Below are positions 18,027-25,799 of a DNA stretch of 32,000 bases, in pieces. The notes beneath the pieces are model-generated. The model was not told the DNA's origin, did no database searches, and worked only from the letters and a program-made list of their open reading frames with translations. The stretch covers positions 25,585 through 57,584 of the forward strand of contig JAQVTI010000004.1 of NCBI GenBank assembly GCA_028700115.1. The letters are read 5' to 3'. Position 1 is the first letter of the stretch; every line of letters starts with the position of its first letter. The position numbers and the translations under genes are program-made. The DNA comes from Candidatus Iainarchaeum sp. Its GTDB lineage: Archaea > Iainarchaeota > Iainarchaeia > Iainarchaeales > CSSED10-239.

Positions 18027-18032
18027 AGGTGA
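18027..18032 (+). promoter_or_regulatory. Shine-Dalgarno-like aggtga upstream of the DUF4349 gene
   Basis: GGTG-containing motifs lie 3-5 nt before the ATGs at 18037, 19452, 21450 and 22108. Confidence 0.45.
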
Positions 18033-18036
18033 AAAT

Positions 18037-18918
18037 ATGAGTTTTAAAGAACAAACAAATAGATTAAAAGAAAACTGGTTTATTATTCTTTTAATTGTTG
18101 TGCTTTTATTTGTAATTGTTCCTTTTATCATAGGAATTGGTGGAATCACAAACTACTCAGCAAGAGATATGGTTGCATCATATGATCAAGGATTTACAAA
18201 TGAAGCAATGGGTAAATCTAGTTATTATTATGGAGAAACAGACTTTGCTCCTGAAATAACTGATAGAATTGTTACAATTTCTTCAAGTTTATCTTCTGAA
18301 GTAGAATACAAAGATTTTGAATCTAAGGAAAATGAATTTAAAGGAATTTTATCAGAATATGATACATTTATTTTAAATGAAAATGTATATGAATCAGGTT
18401 TTGGTAAAAAGAAATATATGAATGGTTCTTATACAATTAAAGTTAATTCAGAAGAATATTTAAATTTAGTAGATGAACTTAAAACTATTGGAGAAGTTAA
18501 AAGCTTTTCTGAAAATAAAGAAGATATAACAGGGAGTTATACAAATAAGAATATTGAATTAGAACTAGAAAAAGAAAAACTAAGAAAATATAATGAGTTA
18601 TATGATACTAATGATATTAGTATGGAAGACAAACTTGATTTAACAGATAAGATTTTCTATCAAGAAAGAAGAGTTAAATACTTAGAAGATTCAATAAACA
18701 ATATGGATAAGAGAGTAGAATATAGTACAATTAACTATTCTTTAAGAGAAAAACAATCAAGTTATGCAGACGTTATACTTGTTAAGTTTTCTGAACTGAT
18801 TAAAACTTTAGTGTCAAGTTTTAATGTCTTATTACACATTATTTTTGCAGTTGTGCCATTTGTAGTTTTAACACTTCTAATTGTATTATTTGCAAGAAGA
18901 CATAAGAAGAGAAGATAA
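18037..18918 (+). CDS. DUF4349-like membrane-anchored protein
   Basis: N-terminal TM helix, central coiled-coil segment (EDITGSYTNKNIELELEKEKLRKY...RVKYLEDSINNMDKRVEYSTINYSL) and C-terminal TM helix, as in DUF4349 proteins. Confidence 0.5.
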   Translation: MSFKEQTNRLKENWFIILLIVVLLFVIVPFIIGIGGITNYSARDMVASYDQGFTNEAMGKSSYYYGETDFAPEITDRIVTISSSLSSEVEYKDFESKENEFKGILSEYDTFILNENVYESGFGKKKYMNGSYTIKVNSEEYLNLVDELKTIGEVKSFSENKEDITGSYTNKNIELELEKEKLRKYNELYDTNDISMEDKLDLTDKIFYQERRVKYLEDSINNMDKRVEYSTINYSLREKQSSYADVILVKFSELIKTLVSSFNVLLHIIFAVVPFVVLTLLIVLFARRHKKRR

Positions 18919-18945
18919 TTCTTCTCTTTTTCTCCCTTTTTTTTT
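18904..18945 (+). terminator. hairpin plus T-run terminator-like element
   Basis: Stem aagagaag (18907-18914) with cttctctt (18921-18928), extendable by A-T and G-T pairs, then a T9 run at 18937-18945. Confidence 0.4.
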
Positions 18946-19267
18946 AAAAATAGTTTAAAGGCATACTATATGGTCTAGATGAAACATTATCTAAATCATT
19001 TTCTGCATTATTTATTTTAAGTTTTATAAAATTAGATAATTCTTTTTTGTTTTTTAAAATATATTCTTTATTTATTTTAGATTGTATTATTCCTACTTTA
19101 ATTTTTAGTTTTTTATTAATTTTTGTAATAACATATACTTGTAAATTATTTTCTTGTTCAATATATATATTTTCATCTAATTTTATTGTTTTTTTAGATT
19201 TTTTTAGTTTTTTTATATTTTTTTTTTCAATTTCTAAGTTATAAAAGCCTTTTATTTTTAAATTCAT
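18944..19267 (-). CDS. hypothetical small basic protein
   Basis: A 107-aa ORF convergent with the upstream gene. No recognisable motif. Coding status rests only on ORF length in an AT-rich background. Confidence 0.35.
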   Translation of the reverse strand: MNLKIKGFYNLEIEKKNIKKLKKSKKTIKLDENIYIEQENNLQVYVITKINKKLKIKVGIIQSKINKEYILKNKKELSNFIKLKINNAENDLDNVSSRPYSMPLNYF

Positions 19268-19451
19268 ATTTTATTCATCTCATATTAGTTTTAATTAAGA
19301 TTTATTATAGATAATTTCATTTATATACTTTTCTATATATATAATATTTATATTAAGCTAATTTTATAGCTATTTTTCTATAATTAAATATATTTAAAAT
19401 GTATATTTATTTATGATTAAATATTTTTAAGATAATATAAAGGTGAAATTT

Positions 19452-20150
19452 ATGGGACTTAGACCAGGACATTGTTACTGTAAGAAAGTAAAAAAAAGAG
19501 CATATACAAGATTTGCTAAAAAAGTTCATAAGAAAAACTTTGTTGGTGGTGTACCAGGACTTAAAATCAGACAATTCCATATGGGATTTGGAGATAGAGA
19601 GTATACACATGTTGTTCATTATGTAACTAAAGAAAAAATACAAATTAGAGATAATGCGCTAGAAGCTGTTAGAATTACAATTGTTAGACAATTAAACAAA
19701 AAGTTAACTCAACAAAATTATTATATGAAATTAAGAGTTACTCCTCAATTTTTCTTAAGAGAAAATAAACAGGCACAAGGAGCTCATGCGGACAGAATTC
19801 AACAAGGGATGAGTCAATGTCCTTTTGGTAAGGTTATTGGGAGATCTTCAAGAGTTAGACCTAATCAAAAGATTTTTAGTATTCTTTGTGATGAAGAATA
19901 TTTACAGATTGTAAAAGATCTTTTATCAAAAGTTGGATCTAAATTTCCTTGTAGTATGAGAATTGTTGCTGAAAAAAATACAGAAAATATAAAATCTGTT
20001 GGAACTACAAAGAAAAGAAGAAAATTACTTGCAATTGCAGAACAAGAAGCAAAAGAAGCAGATGAAAAAAAGCAAAAAGCAAAAGATGCTAAAAAAAATG
20101 TTAAAGGTGCAGTTAATACAAAAGATACAAAATCTGCTGCTAAAAAATAA
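19452..20150 (+). CDS. rpl10e: 50S ribosomal protein L10e (uL16) with a Lys/Ala/Glu-rich C-terminal tail
   Basis: MGLRPGHCY...AYTR...PGLKIRQFHMG is the L10e N-terminal signature. The SD-like aggtga at 19441-19446 makes the ATG at 19452 the likely start; the track start at 19443 is the GTG inside that SD. Confidence 0.85.
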   Translation: MGLRPGHCYCKKVKKRAYTRFAKKVHKKNFVGGVPGLKIRQFHMGFGDREYTHVVHYVTKEKIQIRDNALEAVRITIVRQLNKKLTQQNYYMKLRVTPQFFLRENKQAQGAHADRIQQGMSQCPFGKVIGRSSRVRPNQKIFSILCDEEYLQIVKDLLSKVGSKFPCSMRIVAEKNTENIKSVGTTKKRRKLLAIAEQEAKEADEKKQKAKDAKKNVKGAVNTKDTKSAAKK

Positions 20151-20158
20151 TTTTTTAA

Positions 20159-20195
20159 AAAGAAGATTTTTTTCTTCTTTATTTTTTTATTTTTA
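20159..20195 (+). terminator. hairpin plus T-run terminator-like element after rpl10e
   Basis: Stem aaagaaga (20159-20166) with tcttcttt (20173-20180) and a T6 loop, followed by atttttttattttt. Confidence 0.4.
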
Positions 20196-20220
20196 AAAAT
20201 TTTATTAAAAAGATGTTTTT

Positions 20221-21414
20221 ATGTATTTATTTTTACTTGGAAGAGATCCTTTTCTTTCAAAATTAGAAATTGCTATTTATTTAAATAAGCAAAATATTTC
20301 TTATTCTTTTATTTTACAAACTGAAAAATATTTAATCTTAGATTTTAATAAAGATTTAGATTTTAAAAAAATTATATATGATTTAGGAGGAATAACTAGA
20401 ATTGTAAAAATTTTAAAAAAATATAATTCTTCTAAAGATTTTGATAATAAATTTATTGATTTTATAGAATATATAGATAATAAATTTAATTTTTCTTTTT
20501 CATCAATAGATGCTTCTAAAGATTTAATGAATGAAATGGAATTTTTTTTAAAAGATTTTTTTAAAAAAGAAAAAATAAAAGCAGTATATAAAAAACCAAG
20601 AAAACATAGTGAAAAAGAAAAAAATTATATTGTAAATCCAGATAATTTTTATTCATGGAAATTAGATAAAAAAGGATTTGAATTATTTTTAATTGATTAT
20701 AAGAATATAATTTATGTTGGGCAAACTATAGCTTGTTTTAATTCTAATGATTTAAAATTTAAAGATAAAAATAGACCTTTAAAAAAAGAACTTTATGCAA
20801 CATCTTTTAGGCTTGTAAGAATTATGATTAATCTTTTAGGTTTAAAAGAAAATCAAACTTTTTATGATCCTTTTTGTGGTACAGGTACTTTTTTAATAGA
20901 AGGTCTTTTTTTAAAATATAATGTTATTGGTTCTGATAAAAGTTCTGAAATGTGTCAAATTTCTAAAGATAATTGTAATTGGATTATTAAAAATTTTAAT
21001 CTTTATAATAAAAATACCTTTAAAATAATTAATAGATCTTCAGATCAAATAAATTTTAAAGCAGATGGAGTTTGTTTTGAACCTTATATGGGTCCTTTTT
21101 TGAATAATTTGCCTAATGATTTTAGAGCAAAAAAAATTATATCTAATCTAAATGAACTTTATTTTAAAATTTTTGAGAATTTATCTAAAAATTTAAAAAA
21201 AGGATCAAAAGTTGTGTGTGTTTTACCTCAATTAAAAACTTTTGAAAAAACCACATATGATATAAATAAGAATGTTTATTTAGAAAATGGTTTTAAATTT
21301 TTGGATGTTTCTAAAATTGATGATAATATGCATTTAGAAAATCCTATATTTTATTCTACTCCAAAAAACAAATCTAAAATTAATAGATATATTTGTATTT
21401 TTGAAAAAATTTAA
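20221..21414 (+). CDS. Trm11/TrmG10-like SAM-dependent RNA (guanine-N2) methyltransferase family protein
   Basis: N-terminal LLGRDPFLSKLEI (Trm11-type start) and SAM motif I FYDPFCGTGTFLIEG. The motif IV position reads FEPYMG instead of the canonical DPPYG. Confidence 0.55.
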   Translation: MYLFLLGRDPFLSKLEIAIYLNKQNISYSFILQTEKYLILDFNKDLDFKKIIYDLGGITRIVKILKKYNSSKDFDNKFIDFIEYIDNKFNFSFSSIDASKDLMNEMEFFLKDFFKKEKIKAVYKKPRKHSEKEKNYIVNPDNFYSWKLDKKGFELFLIDYKNIIYVGQTIACFNSNDLKFKDKNRPLKKELYATSFRLVRIMINLLGLKENQTFYDPFCGTGTFLIEGLFLKYNVIGSDKSSEMCQISKDNCNWIIKNFNLYNKNTFKIINRSSDQINFKADGVCFEPYMGPFLNNLPNDFRAKKIISNLNELYFKIFENLSKNLKKGSKVVCVLPQLKTFEKTTYDINKNVYLENGFKFLDVSKIDDNMHLENPIFYSTPKNKSKINRYICIFEKI

Positions 21415-21449
21415 AATTTATAAAAATATTAAAAATGGTGGGGGGATTT

Positions 21450-21917
21450 ATGGAACAAACATTAATTATTTTTAAACCAGATTCATTAAATAGAGGTCTT
21501 GTAGGGGAAATTTTACATAGATTTGAAAGAAAAGGATTAAAACTTGTTGCTATGAAAATGATTTATTTAGATGATGATATTTTAGGTAGTCATTATTTTC
21601 ATTTAAAAGATAAAGCATTTTTTCCTGTATTAAAAAGATTTATGTCTTCAGCACCATCATTAGTAGCAGTTTTAGAAGGGGTTAATGCTGTAGAAGTTGT
21701 TAGATTTTTAGTAGGGTCTACTAAAGGGTATGAAGCTGATGCAGGAACAATTAGAGGAGATTATTCTATTTCTAGTCAATGTAATGTAGTTCATGCCTCT
21801 GACTCTAAAGTAAATGCAAATATTGAAATTTATAGATTTTTTAAAGAAGATGAAATTTTTTCATATGATAAAATTGATTTAGATTTTATTTATTCAGAAG
21901 ATGAAATTGAAAAATAA
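21450..21917 (+). CDS. ndk: nucleoside diphosphate kinase
   Basis: EQTLIIFKPD, GLVGEILHRFERKGLKLVAMK, GTIRGDY and NVVHASDS (active-site His). The SD-like ggtggggg precedes the ATG at 21450. The track start at 21435 adds 5 residues. Confidence 0.85.
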   Translation: MEQTLIIFKPDSLNRGLVGEILHRFERKGLKLVAMKMIYLDDDILGSHYFHLKDKAFFPVLKRFMSSAPSLVAVLEGVNAVEVVRFLVGSTKGYEADAGTIRGDYSISSQCNVVHASDSKVNANIEIYRFFKEDEIFSYDKIDLDFIYSEDEIEK

Positions 21918-21934
21918 TTTGATATTTTTTATAA

Positions 21935-22056
21935 TTTTATTATTTTTATAGATAAACAATAGTTTTATAAATCAAATTAATATTATATTTATATATTTTA
22001 TTATTTTTATAGATAAACAATAGTTTTATAAATCAAATTAATATTATATTTATATA
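21935..22056. repeat. perfect 61-bp tandem duplication in an intergenic region
   Basis: 21935-21995 is identical to 21996-22056. Each copy contains ttttataaat (21963-21972 and 22024-22033). Confidence 0.9.
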
Positions 22057-22107
22057 TTTTATATAATATTATAATATATTTAAAATATTAAAAAATGAGG
22101 TGGATAA

Positions 22108-22530
22108 ATGATTCCTTTATTAGCAATGAGTAATATGAATTTTGCTCCAATTTTAGGGATATTTGCAGCAATGGCATTTTTGGGAGTAATTCTTGGAATT
22201 GCAATGTATGTTTATATGGCTCTTGTTTGGCAAACTATTGCAAAAAAATTAAAATATAACAAACCATGGTTAGCATGGATACCTATAGCTAATTTCTTTT
22301 TATTACCAATTTTAGCTAAAAAAGAATGGGGATATGGGTTTTTATTTTTTATTCCAATAGTAAATATAGTATTTTTTATTATTTGGACATGGAAAATATA
22401 TGAAAGAAGAAACTTTCCTGGTTGGCTTTCATTAATACCTTTATTAAGTATTATTCCTTTAATTAATTTTTTGGTAATGCCTGCAGAATTAGTTGTTTTA
22501 GGAATTGTTGCTTGGTCAAAAAAGAAATAA
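22108..22530 (+). CDS. small multi-pass membrane protein (DUF5684-like pattern)
   Basis: Four predicted TM segments. KPWLAWIPIANFFLLPIL...FFIPIVNIVFFIIW resembles DUF5684-type proteins. SD-like gaggtgga at 22097-22104. Confidence 0.45.
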   Translation: MIPLLAMSNMNFAPILGIFAAMAFLGVILGIAMYVYMALVWQTIAKKLKYNKPWLAWIPIANFFLLPILAKKEWGYGFLFFIPIVNIVFFIIWTWKIYERRNFPGWLSLIPLLSIIPLINFLVMPAELVVLGIVAWSKKK

Positions 22531-22666
22531 GATTTTAAATAATTTTTTTTCTTTTCTTTTTTTTTATTTTTTTTATAATATTATAAATAAAAGAGTTTTT
22601 AAATATTATAATTATAAATATATAATATATTTAAAAAATTAGATATTTTAAAATAAGTTGATTTTT

Positions 22667-23275
22667 ATGAGAATTATTTCTAATATTAAAAAAAAATTTG
22701 ATCCATTAAAAAAAATACAATTAGAAGAAAGAACAAAAACTTCTGTTGAAAAAAGAATGATTTTAAAAAGATTTTATTCTAAACAAAAATATGGTTCTTT
22801 TAGAAAGATGAATAAAATTGATAAACTTAATCTTTTGTGTGATTTTTATTTCCAAGGTGTTAATTTATATAAAAAAGATAAAAGAATACAAAGTTATAAA
22901 CAAGCTTTAGAAAATTATTCTAAACAATTATTTTTAGAATATTTTAATAAAAAAAAATATCTTTCTGCAATAGAAATTTCTAAAAAATATTCTTTAAAAC
23001 CAGAGATATTTGATACTATTTTTATACAACATTTGCAATCTATGTTTTTAGAAAAAAAAGTAGATATTTTAAAAAATGATTTAAATTCAAAAAAAAAAGC
23101 TTTGAAAAAATATAATTTAATTAATAAAAATATTAAATCTTTTGAATTTATAAAAGAATATATAAATTATAATAAATTTGATAGTAATAAAATAAATAAT
23201 TATTTAAAAAATATATTAAATTATTTTAATAAAAATAAAGATATTTTACAGAGAGTTGCTTATGGAAGAAGTTAA
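22667..23275 (+). CDS. hypothetical Lys-rich helical protein
   Basis: ORF only, with no recognised motif. The first ATG is at 22667 and the track start at 22658 is TTG. The 3' end overlaps the next gene by 14 nt. Confidence 0.4.
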   Translation: MRIISNIKKKFDPLKKIQLEERTKTSVEKRMILKRFYSKQKYGSFRKMNKIDKLNLLCDFYFQGVNLYKKDKRIQSYKQALENYSKQLFLEYFNKKKYLSAIEISKKYSLKPEIFDTIFIQHLQSMFLEKKVDILKNDLNSKKKALKKYNLINKNIKSFEFIKEYINYNKFDSNKINNYLKNILNYFNKNKDILQRVAYGRS

Positions 23276-24032
23276 AAAATTTTATGATATTTATAATTAT
23301 CCTAATTTAAAATTATATACTTATAGACAAAAAAGAAATCATAAAAAATTAATTTTAAAAATATTATCATATATTAATTTTTCACCAAAGGATCTTAAAA
23401 ATAAAGATGTTTTAGATTTTGGATGTGGTACTGGAGATAAATCTATTTTCTTTGCAGAATATTTTGCAAATGTTACATCTATTGATTTTTCTAAAGGTCA
23501 GCTTTCTGTTTTAAATAAAAAAATTAAAGAAAACAATATCAAAAATATAACTGTTTATCAAAAAGATTTAATTAAAGATGATTTATGTTTTTTAAAAAAA
23601 TATGATATTATATTTTGTATTGGAGTATTACATCATACTGAAAATCCATATTTAGGTTTTGAAAAATTAACCAAATTATTAAAACCAAATGGTATTATTT
23701 TAATTGCTTTATATCATAGATATTCTAGAATTAGATTTAGAATTATCAGATTTTTTTTAAAAAATTTAATTTCAAAAGATTTTAATAAATTATATAAATG
23801 GTTTTTTTCTTCTAAAAAAACTTTTTTTTTAAGAAAAAATGTTTCTAAAAATACTTTATATGATAGATATATTGTTCCATATGAATCCTATCATTCTTTA
23901 AAAGAAGTAAAAAAATGGTTTTTTAAAAACAATATTTTTTTTTTAAAATGTTCTGAAAATGTGAAAGGTTTTGAGTTTTTTAAGATTTTTGAAAAAAAAA
24001 CTCTTTTTTTTGTATCTGGTATTAAAAAATAA
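23262..24032 (+). CDS. class I SAM-dependent methyltransferase
   Basis: Motif I VLDFGCGTGDKSIFFAE, then DIIFCIGVLHH and LKPNGIILIA. Confidence 0.7.
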   Translation: MEEVKKFYDIYNYPNLKLYTYRQKRNHKKLILKILSYINFSPKDLKNKDVLDFGCGTGDKSIFFAEYFANVTSIDFSKGQLSVLNKKIKENNIKNITVYQKDLIKDDLCFLKKYDIIFCIGVLHHTENPYLGFEKLTKLLKPNGIILIALYHRYSRIRFRIIRFFLKNLISKDFNKLYKWFFSSKKTFFLRKNVSKNTLYDRYIVPYESYHSLKEVKKWFFKNNIFFLKCSENVKGFEFFKIFEKKTLFFVSGIKK

Positions 24033-24187
24033 TATTTTTCTTGGTCATTTACTGTGTTTAAAAATATATATATATTTAAATAAATATATTATTAATGTGA
24101 AGTTAAATTTTTAAAAAGACGATAATTTGGCTTCAATTCCCTTCTTGGGATTATTATATAATTTCTTAAAAAAAGTTAAAAAAATAT

Positions 24188-24216
24188 AACCTAAGCTATA
24201 ATCATAGGCTTAGGTT
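24188..24216. terminator. 9-bp-stem hairpin flanked by T-runs on both strands (possible bidirectional terminator)
   Basis: aacctaagc (24188-24196) pairs with gcttaggtt (24208-24216) around an 11-nt loop. T-runs follow on both strands. The hairpin overlaps the last codons of the minus-strand gene. Confidence 0.35.
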
Positions 24217-24682
24217 TTTTTTGTGTTTCATCTAAAATTTTTTGTTTAATTGCACTAATATTTTCTTTATGGTCTTTTGAGTTTATTCCAAAATTAATGT
24301 TGTTTATTATTTTTAATTTAATTATAACTTCTTTATCTGCATGAGCTTTTAATAATACCCCACTAATTATATGGATTGGATCTTTTTCTATTGAAATATT
24401 TACATCTCCATAATAATCATCATTTACTTTATTAAATTCTCCAGAAACTTGTTTAATTCTAAGGCTTTCAGAATATATTCTTTGTCTTAAATTTCCTGCT
24501 CTGGATATTGCTATCCTTGTATCTTTTATATTTCCTTCTGCAGAAATTAAAATTGCTTTTTTAATTTGGTTTTCTTTAAAAGCAGTTTCTATACTTTTGA
24601 TAACTTCATCTCCATCATCTAAAATAATTGTTAAATAATTATCATTTTTTTCTTTAACATCTTGCATTTTACTTTTTATCAT
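24191..24682 (-). CDS. PPC/DUF296-like domain protein
   Basis: YLTIILDDGDEVIKSIETAFKENQIKKAILISAEGNI...VSGEF...GDVNISIEKDPIHIISGVLL follows the DUF296 (PPC) pattern. Confidence 0.4.
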   Translation of the reverse strand: MIKSKMQDVKEKNDNYLTIILDDGDEVIKSIETAFKENQIKKAILISAEGNIKDTRIAISRAGNLRQRIYSESLRIKQVSGEFNKVNDDYYGDVNISIEKDPIHIISGVLLKAHADKEVIIKLKIINNINFGINSKDHKENISAIKQKILDETQKKPKPMIIA

Positions 24683-24745
24683 ATAAATACCTTTTTATAT
24701 ATTTTTTAATATATAGATATATTATAGAATAGAAACATATTTAAA

Positions 24746-25663
24746 CTATTTTAGAATATGTTTTAGATTCTTTTTTTCAATATTTCTTTTAATTATTTCT
24801 TCTATTATATTTGTTATAGAAATTATTTTTATTTTTTTAGTTTTTTCATAATAGTTTGATATTGAATAAATTTCTTTAATTACAGAATTATTAATTAAGC
24901 TAATTGCTTTTTTATCAAAAATTCCATGAGTTACAATTGCATATATATCTTTTGCGCCTTTAAATGTTAAAAATTTAGAATAATTTATAATATTTTTTCC
25001 AGAATATATACTATCTGATATTATTAAAATATCTTTATTATTTACATTTCCTTTAATTTGAAAATTAATATTTCCATTTATTTCTTCTTTTATAGGAAAT
25101 ATAGTTTCTGTTTTTAATTTATTTGCAATTTCTGTTGATATTTCTTGCATTTCATAATCAATTGTTGATATTATTAAATTTTTATTTTCTTTAAAATTAT
25201 CATTTAATATTTTGGAAAATATATTTGTTATTGGAATATTGTATAATGGTATTTTAAAATAAAAAGATATTTTTGGGGAATAAAGTCCAAAAGTATATAT
25301 TTTATCAATATTTATATTTTCTAAAAGTCTTGAAAATAAATTAAAATTTAATTTATATTCTGTTTTATATTTTATTTTTGTATAAGGCATATATGAAGTT
25401 ATAAGATATATTTTTTCAGCACCCTCTTTTCTTAAAGCATCACATACAAACATTAATTCCATTATATATTCATTTACTGGGGGGATAATATTATATATTA
25501 AAAAAACTTTTTTATAATTTAAATAACTTTTAATATCAACACTTGTCTCATGTCCTTGTACATAACTTATATTCATTTCACCTATAGGAATATCTAATTT
25601 TTGAGAAATTGTATTTGCAATTGATCTTTCTTTATTTCCTGATATTATAATATATTCATCCAT
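24746..25663 (-). CDS. ribose-phosphate pyrophosphokinase (Prs) family homologue with degenerate catalytic motifs
   Basis: PVNEYIMELMFVCDALRKEGA and AIVTHGIF...INNSVIKEI align well with Prs. However, PYxxYARQDRK reads SYMPYTKIKYK, DLH reads GLY, and the PRPP loop DDxxDTGGT reads SDSIYSGKN. Confidence 0.55.
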   Translation of the reverse strand: MDEYIIISGNKERSIANTISQKLDIPIGEMNISYVQGHETSVDIKSYLNYKKVFLIYNIIPPVNEYIMELMFVCDALRKEGAEKIYLITSYMPYTKIKYKTEYKLNFNLFSRLLENINIDKIYTFGLYSPKISFYFKIPLYNIPITNIFSKILNDNFKENKNLIISTIDYEMQEISTEIANKLKTETIFPIKEEINGNINFQIKGNVNNKDILIISDSIYSGKNIINYSKFLTFKGAKDIYAIVTHGIFDKKAISLINNSVIKEIYSISNYYEKTKKIKIISITNIIEEIIKRNIEKKNLKHILK

Positions 25664-25799
25664 ATTTTTTCATAAGCTTTTTTCAAATAAATTATTTTTA
25701 TAAAAAACTAATATATTAAAGATAATAATATTTATATATGTTAGAGATTATCTAAATTGGCATATATTTTTAAATATTTATACATTAAATATATTTAGA

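Noticed and set aside
19047-19244. 65-aa plus-strand ORF
   Set aside because: It lies entirely inside and antisense to the 18944-19267 ORF. It is a hydrophobic low-complexity translation with no start context.
19407-19643. 78-aa minus-strand ORF
   Set aside because: It is antisense to the conserved 5' part of rpl10e.
19999-20196. 65-aa plus-strand ORF in an alternative frame
   Set aside because: It overlaps the Lys-rich tail of rpl10e in another frame. Poly-A/G codon runs give open frames by chance.
24100-24165. Slightly GC-richer patch (gacgataatttggcttcaattcccttcttgggatt), considered as a tRNA fragment or old att site
   Set aside because: No acceptable T-arm or acceptor pairing could be drawn, and it does not match the 3' ends of the two tRNAs in the window.
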